Positions 55,425-64,000 of a stretch of DNA of 64,000 nt are shown here, piece after piece; within the stretch, counting starts at the first letter, position 1, and every line of letters starts with the position of its first letter. The notes under the pieces are model-generated. The model saw only the letters and a program-made list of their open reading frames with translations, did not search any database and was not told the origin of the DNA. Location of the stretch: the NCBI GenBank assembly GCA_903843285.1, contig CAIMPC010000073.1, positions 20,578-84,577 of the forward strand, in the 5' to 3' direction. The translations under genes were made by a program, and so were the position numbers. Source of the DNA: Candidatus Omnitrophota bacterium. Lineage in GTDB: Bacteria > Omnitrophota > Gorgyraeia > 2-01-FULL-45-10.

Positions 55425-57296
55425 ATGGGAAGAATACTCGATAATATTAATAGTCCGAGTGACCTGCGTAAGTTAAATGCCGCGCACCTGCCGGAGCTTG
55501 CCGAAGAGATAAGGGCAGCTATATTAGGCACTGTCTCGAGGACCGGGGGACACCTGGCTTCGAGCCTTGGCGCGGTGGAGCTTACGCTCGCGCTCCATTA
55601 TGTATTCAATACGCCGGATGATAAGATTATATGGGATGTAGGGCATCAGTCCTATACCCATAAACTAATAACGGGCAGGCGTGATAACTTTCACAGTCTA
55701 AGGCAATTGGGGGGCTTAAGCGGATTTCCGAACAGGGAAGAGAGTCCGCTTCATGACGTCTTTACATGCGGTCATGCGTCCACGTCGATATCCACCGCCC
55801 TGGGCCTGGTAGCATCGCGCGACTTACAGGGTTCTTCGGAGAAAATTATAGCGGTGATAGGCGATGCGTCTTTGGCCGGAGGCATGGCATTTGAAGCATT
55901 AAATCATGCCGGGCACACCCAGAAAGACGTGATAGTTATCTTAAATGATAATGAATTATCTATCACTCAAAGCGTCGGCGCCCTAAGCAAGTATCTTAAT
56001 AGGATAATAACCGCTCCGACTTACAATAAGATAAGGAAGGACATTGAGAAGTTGGTGAAACGCATACCGCGTTTCGGTTTCAGGGCATATCGCGCGGCGA
56101 GAAAGTTGGAAGAGGGATTAAAGAACCTGCTCACGCCCGGGATTCTATTTGAGGAGATGGGTTTCAGATATTTCGGGCCGATGGACGGACACGACCTGCG
56201 CCATTTAATATTAATGCTGCGTAATCTAAAAGATCTTAACGAGCCGATCTTTATACATTTGGTTACAAAGAAGGGCAAGGGGTATAAGTTTGCCGAAGAC
56301 GATCCTATGTCATTCCACGGTACGGGACCGTTCGATATAAATAGCGGAGAAAAAATAGGAGAAAAAAAGGCATCCGAGACATTTACTGATGCTTTTGCCG
56401 ATAAGATAGTGGAGCTTGGAGCCGTAGATTCTAAGATAATAGGGGTTACCGCGGCGATGATTGATGGAACCGGTTTTAAAAAGTATGCCAATAAGTATCC
56501 TGAACGTTTCTTCGATGTGGGAATTGCTGAGGAGCACGCGGTAGGTTTTAGCGCGGGGCTGGCTCGAGGCGGATTTAAACCGGTTATAGCGGCTTACTCT
56601 ACATTTTTGCAACGTTCTTATGATCAGATAGTGCATGACGTATGCCTGCAGAATTTGCCCGTGACACTATGCCTGGATAGGGCCGGGCTAGTGGGGGAGG
56701 ATGGGCCGACACATCATGGCTCATTTGATATAGCATATTTAAGGCATATTCCGAATCTTACATTCATGGCGCCGGCTACTCCTTTAGAACTAAAGGCGAT
56801 GCTCGAGTTCGCTGTATCTTTAAATTCACCTTGCGCTGTTCGCTATCCGAAAGGTGGCAGTTCGTTAAGCATGGCGCCGAGCCTTCCGATAGAGTTGGGT
56901 AAGGCCGAAGTTTTAAGAGATGGCGCGGATATTGCGATAATTTCAATCGGTGCTATGGCCGAAACAGCGCTTGGATTGGCAGATCTCCTGGCTAAAAAAA
57001 GAGTAAACGCCACGGTCGTGAACGCACGTTTCATAAAACCTCTGGATGAGACGCTATTAGTAGAGATTTTTGGCAGAATAAAGAGGTTTATAACCATAGA
57101 GGATGGCGTGCTGGATGGCGGATTTGGCTCGACAATCCTGGAATTCATCGAGCGAGCTCATATAGGCAGTATTAAGATTAAGCGTTTTGGCTTGCCGAAT
57201 AAATTCATAGAACACGGCAGGAGAGAAGAGCTATTTTCAAAGTATAACTTGACACCCCAGGCTATTTGCGATGTAATTATAAGAGAGATGATGTAA
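55425..57296 (+). CDS. dxs: 1-deoxy-D-xylulose-5-phosphate synthase
   Basis: 623 aa; TPP-binding GDASLAGGMAFEALNHAG, transketolase-like domains. Confidence 0.95.
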   Translation: MGRILDNINSPSDLRKLNAAHLPELAEEIRAAILGTVSRTGGHLASSLGAVELTLALHYVFNTPDDKIIWDVGHQSYTHKLITGRRDNFHSLRQLGGLSGFPNREESPLHDVFTCGHASTSISTALGLVASRDLQGSSEKIIAVIGDASLAGGMAFEALNHAGHTQKDVIVILNDNELSITQSVGALSKYLNRIITAPTYNKIRKDIEKLVKRIPRFGFRAYRAARKLEEGLKNLLTPGILFEEMGFRYFGPMDGHDLRHLILMLRNLKDLNEPIFIHLVTKKGKGYKFAEDDPMSFHGTGPFDINSGEKIGEKKASETFTDAFADKIVELGAVDSKIIGVTAAMIDGTGFKKYANKYPERFFDVGIAEEHAVGFSAGLARGGFKPVIAAYSTFLQRSYDQIVHDVCLQNLPVTLCLDRAGLVGEDGPTHHGSFDIAYLRHIPNLTFMAPATPLELKAMLEFAVSLNSPCAVRYPKGGSSLSMAPSLPIELGKAEVLRDGADIAIISIGAMAETALGLADLLAKKRVNATVVNARFIKPLDETLLVEIFGRIKRFITIEDGVLDGGFGSTILEFIERAHIGSIKIKRFGLPNKFIEHGRREELFSKYNLTPQAICDVIIREMM

Positions 57297-57388
57297 TTTT
57301 TGCTATTAAAGTGCCGAAAAGCTGAAAAATTACATGGTGAGGGAGAGTGGGTGGCTGGGTAGCCATTACCATATTACGGAATAATTTT

Positions 57389-57595
57389 ATGGCGAAGATA
57401 AAGATAAATAAGAATAAATGTAAGGGCTGTTACCTCTGTGTGGTGAACTGTCCAAATAACCTGATTAAGATCGAGAAGGAACTTAATATTAAGGGTATTA
57501 AATCGGCCTGTTTCTCCGAAGGTAAGTGCACGGGATGCGCCATGTGCGCTGTTATCTGTCCGGATGGTGCGATAGAGGTCTATAGAGATATATGA
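57389..57595 (+). CDS. 2-oxoacid:ferredoxin oxidoreductase delta subunit (2x[4Fe-4S] ferredoxin)
   Basis: CKGCYLCVVNCP and CTGCAMCAVICP motifs; ORF-track start 57347 upstream in-frame. Confidence 0.8.
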   Translation: MAKIKINKNKCKGCYLCVVNCPNNLIKIEKELNIKGIKSACFSEGKCTGCAMCAVICPDGAIEVYRDI

Positions 57596-58656
57596 GTAAA
57601 AATAGAGTGTTGATGTGCGGTAATGAGGCCTGCGGCGAAGGCGCGGTGTTAGCCGGATGTAAGTTCTACGCCGGCTATCCGATAACTCCGCAGAATGAGC
57701 TCACGAGCTATATGTCAAAGCGCATGAATGAGACGCTCGGCGTCTTTATTCAGTCCGAGAGTGAGACCTCGGCAATAAATATGGTATTTGGCGCAAGCGC
57801 CGCCGGCGTGCGGGTCATGACATCTTCGTCGAGCCCCGGCATAAGCTTGAAGCAGGAGGGCATTTCATATCTTTCCGCCTGCGAATTACCCTGTGTGATA
57901 GTAAATATGCAGAGAGGCGGTCCCGGGTTGGGCAATATAGCTCCCTCTCAGGGTGATTATTTTCAATCTGTGAAAGGCGGAGGCCACGGAGACTACAAAT
58001 TAATAGTGCTGGCGCCCGCATCGGTACAGGATATGTTGGATCTAACCATAACCGCCTTCGATCTTGCCGATAAATATAGAATGCCTGTCCTTATACTTGG
58101 AGATGGGCTTCTCGGCCAGATGATGGAGCCATTGACCATTCCTTCGGAAATAGAGCCCAAGCATTATGATAAACCTTGGGCGCTTACGGGATGTAAGGGC
58201 AGAGAGCCGCGCGTTATTAAGTCATTATTGCTGGCAGACGGCGCCCTCGAGGAGCACAATAAACATTTACAGGAAAAATTCAAAATTATTAAAGAGGTTG
58301 AAGTTTACAGCCAGAGTTTTAACACAAAAGATGCCGATATAATAATTGTCGCCTATGGCTCTGTGGCCAGGATAGCAAAGGCCGCTATGACCTTGGCTCG
58401 CGCCAAGGGGCTTAAAGTCGGTCTGATCCGGCCTATAACTCTCTGGCCGTTCCCTGATAAAGTTATTCAAGAAGCTTGTGCCAGAGCTAAGAAGTTCCTC
58501 GTCGTTGAGATGAGCGCAGGGCAAATGGTGGAAGATGTGAGGCTCGCGGTTAACGGTAAAGTGGAGGTGGATTTTTACGGTAGGATGGGCGGAGGGGTGC
58601 CCGGCGAAGGCGAGATACTGAAACATATCGAATCCCTGGGAGGCGCCGGCGTGTGA
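57592..58656 (+). CDS. 2-oxoacid:ferredoxin oxidoreductase alpha subunit
   Basis: 354 aa; PorA/KorA family. Confidence 0.85.
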   Translation: MSKNRVLMCGNEACGEGAVLAGCKFYAGYPITPQNELTSYMSKRMNETLGVFIQSESETSAINMVFGASAAGVRVMTSSSSPGISLKQEGISYLSACELPCVIVNMQRGGPGLGNIAPSQGDYFQSVKGGGHGDYKLIVLAPASVQDMLDLTITAFDLADKYRMPVLILGDGLLGQMMEPLTIPSEIEPKHYDKPWALTGCKGREPRVIKSLLLADGALEEHNKHLQEKFKIIKEVEVYSQSFNTKDADIIIVAYGSVARIAKAAMTLARAKGLKVGLIRPITLWPFPDKVIQEACARAKKFLVVEMSAGQMVEDVRLAVNGKVEVDFYGRMGGGVPGEGEILKHIESLGGAGV

Positions 58657-59414
58657 TGATCCAGAAAAAAGATACTGCTTTGAAAAATGCCGAAGCGAGC
58701 GTAAAAAGCTTAAGAGCCGTAGAGCACCACTACTGTGCGGGCTGTGGCCATGGGATAATTCACAGGCTTATTTGCGAAGCGATAGATGAGTACGGGATAC
58801 GGGACCGGGTTATTGCCGTCGCGCCGGTCGGCTGTGCTGTAATAGCGTACGAGTACTGGAATTTTGATGTTACAGAGGCTGCGCACGGGCGGACGCCCGC
58901 TGTGGCCACCGGCATTAAGAGGGTGCGACCTAATAATATAGTATTTACTTATCAGGGTGACGGAGACCTCGCAGCAATCGGCACAGCCGAGATAATACAT
59001 GCCGCCAATAGAGGCGAAAATATTACCGTTATATTTGTTAACAACGGTGTCTATGGCATGACGGGCGGACAGATGGCGCCGACAACGCTTGCCGGACAAA
59101 AGACATCTACTACGATGGAGGGGCGCAGTCTTCGTAGAGACGGGTACCCTTTAAAGATACTCGAAATGCTCGCTGTTTTGCCGGGAGTTAAGTATGTGGA
59201 GAGGGTGGCGGTAAATTCATCGCATGAGGTTTTACGGGCAAAACGCGCGATTTCGAAAGCATTCAAAATGCAGATAGACGGCAAAGGATTTTCAATAGTG
59301 GAAGTCCTGTCTATGTGCCCAACATACTGGGGAATGACGCCCATACAGGCTTCCGACAGGATTAAGAATGACGTCGCTATTTTTTATCCACTCGGGGTTA
59401 TCAAAAGTTGTTAG
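58653..59414 (+). CDS. 2-oxoacid:ferredoxin oxidoreductase beta subunit (TPP-binding)
   Basis: 253 aa; HYCAGCGHG Cys motif, GDG TPP-binding. Confidence 0.85.
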   Translation: MMIQKKDTALKNAEASVKSLRAVEHHYCAGCGHGIIHRLICEAIDEYGIRDRVIAVAPVGCAVIAYEYWNFDVTEAAHGRTPAVATGIKRVRPNNIVFTYQGDGDLAAIGTAEIIHAANRGENITVIFVNNGVYGMTGGQMAPTTLAGQKTSTTMEGRSLRRDGYPLKILEMLAVLPGVKYVERVAVNSSHEVLRAKRAISKAFKMQIDGKGFSIVEVLSMCPTYWGMTPIQASDRIKNDVAIFYPLGVIKSC

Positions 59415-59446
59415 CTGTTATCGAAATTAATATGAGGTTTGAATAA

Positions 59447-59998
59447 GTGCGGACCAAGAAAACGAGCAGTAATATTGAAGAGATTCTTTGCGCCGGTTTT
59501 GGCGGACAGGGGATCATGTTCATGGGAAAGCTGTTCGCTGAAGCTGCCCTTTTAGCAAAGAAGCATGTGACGTGGATGCCTTCCTACGGAGCCGAAGTCA
59601 GGGGAGGGACAGCTTATTCCATGGTGAAGATATCCAAAGAAGAGATAGCCAGTCCCGTAGTGGATAGCCCCAACATATTGATCGTGATGAACAAGCCGTC
59701 ACTGCTGAAATATGAAGGCAAGCTTAAAGAAGGCGGAGTATTGATTTTAAATAAGTCCATGATAGATGAGGGTTGTAAGAGAAGAGATGTGAAGGTATTG
59801 AACATACCTATGACGATTCTTGCCTCGAAGCTCGGCAACACTAAGTGTGCCAATATGGTCGCCGCCGGAGCCTTCGTTAAGCGTTCTAAGATGATCACTC
59901 TGCGTAATGTCATAGCCGCATTAAAAGAGATCCTGAAGGGCAAGGACGAACTATTCCTCCTGAATAAGAGCGCGCTCGAAAAAGGGTATAGGATTTAA
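59447..59998 (+). CDS. 2-oxoacid:ferredoxin oxidoreductase gamma subunit
   Basis: 183 aa; AGFGGQGI motif of PorC/KorC. Confidence 0.8.
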   Translation: MRTKKTSSNIEEILCAGFGGQGIMFMGKLFAEAALLAKKHVTWMPSYGAEVRGGTAYSMVKISKEEIASPVVDSPNILIVMNKPSLLKYEGKLKEGGVLILNKSMIDEGCKRRDVKVLNIPMTILASKLGNTKCANMVAAGAFVKRSKMITLRNVIAALKEILKGKDELFLLNKSALEKGYRI

Positions 59999-61279
59999 AT
60001 GGCCAGAGTTCGATTTGCTCCCAGCCCGACGGGCTATCTGCATATAGGAAGCGCCAGGACGGCGCTTTTTAATTGGGTTTACGCCAGGTCATCCGGAGGC
60101 AAATTCTTACTGCGCATAGAGGATACCGATATTGCCAGGTCGGAAGAGAGATTTCTTGAAGAGATAGTCACCGATCTGAAGTGGCTCGGTATTAACTGGG
60201 ACGAGCCGCCGCTACGCCAGTCAAAGCGTTTCGATGTATATCGCTCCTCCGCCGAATCATTAGTAAAGTCTGGTAAGGCGTATCGAGAAGGGGATGCCTA
60301 TATATTTAAAATGCCCGAAGGCAGGACGATCGAGATCGACGACATGATTCACGGAAAGGTGAGTTTCAATACCAACGACATCAAAGACCAGGTAATGATA
60401 AAATCGGATGGCTCACCTGCATATAACTTTTGTTGTGTGGTGGATGATGCGCATCTCGGCATAACGCATATCATAAGAGGAGATGACCACTTATCTAATA
60501 CACCGAAGCAGATCTTGTTTTACGAAGCCCTGGGGCTTCCAGTTCCCAAGTTTGGACATATGCCGTTAATAATGGGTGCCGATGGCGCGAAGTTATCTAA
60601 GAGGCATGGGGGCGTATCGGTGGAGGAATATAAGGCAGAAGGTTATTTGCCCGAGGCGCTCGTTAATTATTTACTGCTCTTAGGCTGGTCGCCGGGCGGT
60701 GATCGGGAGATTATAACATTAGATGAGGCGGTAAAGATATTTGATATAAAGAATATGACCGGGGTTCAGGCAAAATTTGATCTGCAGAAATTGAGATGGA
60801 TTAACGGTGAATATCTGGCCAGGAAGAGCGGGAAGGATCTATTGCCTATGGTGAAGAAGATTATGGCGGATTCCGGAAATACAAATTTAGCATCGGATGA
60901 AGTGCTTATACGGTTGATAGACCTATATAAGATAAGGATAAAGACATTAGCGGAATTTATTACGGCCACAGATCACTTCTTTGGCGACGTGTATTCTATC
61001 GATGAAAAAGGCGTAGAGAAACACCTGAAGAGCGCTGAAAATAAGAGCATCCTGAATCATTTTGCCGGACTACTGGAGCATATGGACGACTTTTCCCATG
61101 CTAAGCTCGAGGAGGCATGCCGGACTATGGCGGAAGATAAAGGCCTGAAGGCAGGGCAGATCATTCATCCGACCCGCGTCGCGATAAGCGGTAAGACGAC
61201 GGGTGCCGGGCTATTTGAGATGATGGAGATATTGGGTAAGCCCAAAGTCATAGAACGCATGCGTCGGGCAGGGTCTTAA
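59999..61279 (+). CDS. gltX: Glutamate--tRNA ligase
   Basis: 426 aa; HIGS ([12 protein letters not shown]) and KLSKR (AKLSKRHG) class I motifs. Confidence 0.9.
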   Translation: MARVRFAPSPTGYLHIGSARTALFNWVYARSSGGKFLLRIEDTDIARSEERFLEEIVTDLKWLGINWDEPPLRQSKRFDVYRSSAESLVKSGKAYREGDAYIFKMPEGRTIEIDDMIHGKVSFNTNDIKDQVMIKSDGSPAYNFCCVVDDAHLGITHIIRGDDHLSNTPKQILFYEALGLPVPKFGHMPLIMGADGAKLSKRHGGVSVEEYKAEGYLPEALVNYLLLLGWSPGGDREIITLDEAVKIFDIKNMTGVQAKFDLQKLRWINGEYLARKSGKDLLPMVKKIMADSGNTNLASDEVLIRLIDLYKIRIKTLAEFITATDHFFGDVYSIDEKGVEKHLKSAENKSILNHFAGLLEHMDDFSHAKLEEACRTMAEDKGLKAGQIIHPTRVAISGKTTGAGLFEMMEILGKPKVIERMRRAGS

Positions 61280-61286
61280 AAGTTAC

Positions 61287-62984
61287 ATGGAGAAGCCCAC
61301 CCCGAATAATTTTATAAGAGATATAATAGACGAGCATTTGCGTCTCGGCAGGTTTGGCACAAAAGTCCACACACGTTTCCCTCCGGAGCCTAACGGTTAT
61401 CTGCATATAGGGCACGCCAAATCGATAGTCCTTAACTTCGGCATAGCGCGTGACTATAGCGGCCTCTGTAACCTGCGTATGGATGACACGAACCCCGAGA
61501 AGGAAGAGTCCGAATACGTGAATGCTATCATCGAGGATGTTAAGTGGATAGGGTTTGACTGGCAGGACAGGCTGTTCTACGCCTCAGATTACTTCGAACA
61601 GATCTATGATTATGCCGTACAGCTTATCAAATTCGGATCGGCTTATGTGGATGATCTCGATGCCGATACCATACGTAAATATCGTGGCACATTGACGGAG
61701 CCCGGGAAAGAGTCGCCGCATAGAGGCAGATCTGTCGAAGAGAACCTCGATCTATTTGCCCGGATGAGAAATGGCGAGTACGCCGACGGCTCGCGAGTCT
61801 TGCGCGCTAAGATCGACATGGCCAGTCCGCACATCGTTATGCGCGATCCCGTCTTATATAGGATTAAGCGCGAGCGCCATCATCGCACTTTAGATAAGTG
61901 GTGCATCTATCCGATGTACGATTTTGCGCACTGCATCAGCGATTCGATAGAAGGCATAACGCATTCGATCTGTACTCTCGAGTTCGAAAATAACAGGCCG
62001 TTATACGACTGGATACTGGATGCGCTTAAAACATATCATCCTCAGCAGATAGAATTTGCCCGGCTTAATCTGAGCAATACCGTTCTCAGCAAGAGGAAAT
62101 TATTACAGCTTGTTAAAGAGAATTATGTCATAGGGTGGGATGATCCGCGTATGCCGACCTTATCGGGCTTGCGCCGTCGCGGCTATACGCCGCTTTCGAT
62201 ACGGAATTTCTGTAATTCGATAGGTGTAGCGAAGATGGATTCGATAGTAGATATCACGGTATTGGAAAACTCGATACGGGAGGAACTTAATAAGACCGTA
62301 CCTCGCAGAATGGCCGTACTGCGTCCTCTGAGGGTCGTGATAACGAACTACCCCGAAGGAAATACCGAGGAGCTGGACGCAATTAATAATCCGGAAGATC
62401 TTTCTGCCGGGACGAGGAAGGTGCCGTTCGGCCGGGAGATATATATTGAGCAGGAGGATTTCCGCGAGGTCCCACCTCCTAAATTCCACAGGTTGTCACC
62501 GGGTAAAGAGGTGCGGCTAAGATATGCATACTTCATAACTTGCACGGAAGTGATTAAGGATCCGAAGACCGGCGAAATCGTGGAGGTGCGCTGTATCTAT
62601 GATCCTGCGACGCGTGGAGGTGATTCACCGGATGGACGAAAAGTCAAAGCCACGATGCACTGGGTGAGTCGAGAGAAGGCCATAGACGCAGAGGTCAGGC
62701 TATATGGCCCTTTATTTACAGAGAGAGATCCGGATCATATCCCCTCCGGAATGCCCGAGGGAACCGATTACAGGACAAATCTTAACCCGGGATCACTTGA
62801 AATTTTGAAGGGATGCAAATTAGAGCCATCGCTTGACCGAAGTGAGCCGGGAAGCAGGTATCAATTTGAGAGGCTTGGGTATTTTTATCTCGATCCTGTG
62901 GATGCGAAAGACGGCAAAATAGTGTTCAATAGGACGGTTTCGCTGAAAGACACCTGGGCGAAGGTAGAAAAAAGACCCGCTTAA
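61287..62984 (+). CDS. glnS: Glutamine--tRNA ligase
   Basis: 565 aa; [14 protein letters not shown], GlnRS-specific C-terminal beta-barrel domains. Confidence 0.9.
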   Translation: MEKPTPNNFIRDIIDEHLRLGRFGTKVHTRFPPEPNGYLHIGHAKSIVLNFGIARDYSGLCNLRMDDTNPEKEESEYVNAIIEDVKWIGFDWQDRLFYASDYFEQIYDYAVQLIKFGSAYVDDLDADTIRKYRGTLTEPGKESPHRGRSVEENLDLFARMRNGEYADGSRVLRAKIDMASPHIVMRDPVLYRIKRERHHRTLDKWCIYPMYDFAHCISDSIEGITHSICTLEFENNRPLYDWILDALKTYHPQQIEFARLNLSNTVLSKRKLLQLVKENYVIGWDDPRMPTLSGLRRRGYTPLSIRNFCNSIGVAKMDSIVDITVLENSIREELNKTVPRRMAVLRPLRVVITNYPEGNTEELDAINNPEDLSAGTRKVPFGREIYIEQEDFREVPPPKFHRLSPGKEVRLRYAYFITCTEVIKDPKTGEIVEVRCIYDPATRGGDSPDGRKVKATMHWVSREKAIDAEVRLYGPLFTERDPDHIPSGMPEGTDYRTNLNPGSLEILKGCKLEPSLDRSEPGSRYQFERLGYFYLDPVDAKDGKIVFNRTVSLKDTWAKVEKRPA

Positions 62985-63029
62985 AAAAGCATTGAAAAGC
63001 TGATAGTTATAGTATAATATTTAGCACGT

Positions 63030-63103
63030 TGACGGGTTGTGTAACGGTAGCACAGCAGACTCTGGATCTGCTTGTCTAGGTTCAAATCCTAGCCCGTCAG
63101 CCA
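63030..63103 (+). tRNA. tRNA-Gln (anticodon CUG)
   Basis: TGACGGGTT...GCAGACTCTGGATCTGC...CTAGGTTCAAATCCTAGCCCGTCAGCCA; U1:A72 pair typical of bacterial tRNA-Gln; directly downstream of glnS. Confidence 0.85.
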
Positions 63104-63141
63104 CCGTACCATTCGCAAGGTATCTGAATATTAGGAGAAGC

Positions 63142-63169
63142 TTGCTTTTATCGATATATTGGATATAAT
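63142..63169 (+). promoter_or_regulatory. Sigma-70-like promoter TTGCTT-16-TATAAT
   Basis: ttgctt 63142..63147, tataat 63164..63169, 12 nt before ATG 63182. Confidence 0.5.
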
Positions 63170-63181
63170 AAGTACCCCAGT

Positions 63182-63673
63182 ATGATAATATACGAAGATA
63201 TATTCAGGGAATTTCAGAAACATAAGGTGCGGTATGCGCTTGTGGGAGGCATAGCTTTTAATCTTCTGGGTGGCAATAGGAATACCCTTGACATGGATAT
63301 TCTTGCTGAAATGACGGATTCCAATCTTCGTAAAATAGTGAATATTCTTAAAAAAGCCGGTTATCATGTGAAGCAACCGGTGAATCCGATCGACGTGGCG
63401 GACGCTAAAATCCGAAAAGATTGGATAAAGAATAAAAATATGAAAGCCCTAAATTTTTATAAGGGCGATGAAACCTACGAAGAGGTTGACTTAATAATAG
63501 GCTCATCTGTTGATTATGACGAGGCTAGTAAAGACGTGATGAATATAAATGTTGGATCGTTGAAGCTTTCGGTTATTTCACCGAAGAAATTAATTAAGAT
63601 GAAGATAGAAGCAGGCCGTGATATTGATCTGCTCGATGTCAAAGCTCTGAAAATTTTGATGAGAAGAAAATAA
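63182..63673 (+). CDS. Hypothetical protein, possible nucleotidyltransferase-fold
   Basis: 163 aa; N-terminal ALVGGIAFNLLGGNRNTLDMDIL resembles NTase G-x-D-x-D signature; weak. Confidence 0.35.
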   Translation: MIIYEDIFREFQKHKVRYALVGGIAFNLLGGNRNTLDMDILAEMTDSNLRKIVNILKKAGYHVKQPVNPIDVADAKIRKDWIKNKNMKALNFYKGDETYEEVDLIIGSSVDYDEASKDVMNINVGSLKLSVISPKKLIKMKIEAGRDIDLLDVKALKILMRRK

Positions 63674-63831
63674 TGTTTGGCTGGGAATCGGAAAAGGCTA
63701 AGATACTTCGTGGCGCTAAAATATCCGTGGGAAAAAAAATGGAAGCTTTTCGCTTAATGAACGAATTGGGCGATAGAGTGCTGACTTTGCGCCAGAAAAT
63801 CGTCAGAAGACAGTTGAGACAAGGGCGATAA
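63673..63831 (+). CDS. Small basic hypothetical protein (52 aa), start overlaps upstream stop (ATAATG)
   Basis: MFGWESEKAKILRGAKISVGKKMEAFRLMNELGDRVLTLRQKIVRRQLRQGR; translationally coupled to 63182..63673; below ORF-track cut-off. Confidence 0.3.
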   Translation: MFGWESEKAKILRGAKISVGKKMEAFRLMNELGDRVLTLRQKIVRRQLRQGR

Positions 63832-63847
63832 TCGGATAAACTTTTAA

Positions 63848-63932
63848 GCGGAGATGGTGGAACTGGCAGACACGCATGTTTGAGGGGCATGTGCCGCAAG
63901 GCTTGGGGGTTCAAATCCCCCTCTCCGCACCA
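63848..63932 (+). tRNA. tRNA-Leu (anticodon GAG), long variable arm
   Basis: GCGGAGATGGTGGAACTGGCAGACACGCATGTTTGAGGGGCATG + variable arm + GGGGGTTCAAATCCCCCTCTCCGCACCA. Confidence 0.85.
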
Positions 63933-64000
63933 TACTACGCCTTCTACGGAAGGCGAGACAAGGCTTCGTATGGTAAACCAGGTGATAATGTATGTTTATA

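Overview
This window is the chromosomal replication-origin region of a moderate-GC bacterium. The arrangement and the prepilin-domain protein faintly suggest a PVC/Omnitrophota-like lineage, but the lineage was not determined.

Minus-strand genes from the left edge: glmS (N-terminal fragment), nagA, tRNA-Glu, gyrA, gyrB, a DUF721/DciA-like ORF, dnaN and dnaA. At the rpmH-dnaA intergenic region the strand switches. Plus-strand genes follow: rpmH-rnpA-yidD-yidC, parAB, ndk, yicC, gmk, rpoZ, split coaC/coaB, tRNA-Cys/Val/Leu, thrS, infC-rpmI-rplT, pheST, rarA, a thi operon (thiI-like-thiE-S-G-H-F), an Rrf2-regulated metY-cysK-metX-metW operon, a thiol-redox cluster (DUF318 permease-ccdA-tlpA-nifU-like), a HEPN/MNT toxin-antitoxin pair, nifS-iscU, rny-ymdB, xseAB-ispA-dxs, a four-subunit 2-oxoacid:ferredoxin oxidoreductase, gltX, glnS, tRNA-Gln and tRNA-Leu.

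Most notable observations:
- A ~5.3-kb AT-rich island sits at tRNA-Glu, bounded by a perfect 47-bp direct repeat of the tRNA 3' end. It carries an rve-type IS with unusual tandem-subrepeat terminal inverted repeats, an ECF sigma factor, and a six-ORF operon of unknown membrane, zinc-ribbon and secreted proteins. It has no integrase.
- gyrB is interrupted by a 432-aa intein with an HNH endonuclease at the GDSAGG|SAKQ Toprim site.
- The origin appears bipartite, with perfect DnaA boxes on both sides of dnaA.
- A variant parS-like palindrome lies upstream of parA.
- A nested palindrome with GGGGAC/GTCCCC motifs lies upstream of the Rrf2 regulator.
- A recurring CCA-nTACCAT tRNA-trailer-like motif occurs in several 5' regions.
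- The 435-bp ymdB-xseA spacer is structured, with a 22-bp hairpin and an inverted-repeat-bounded element.
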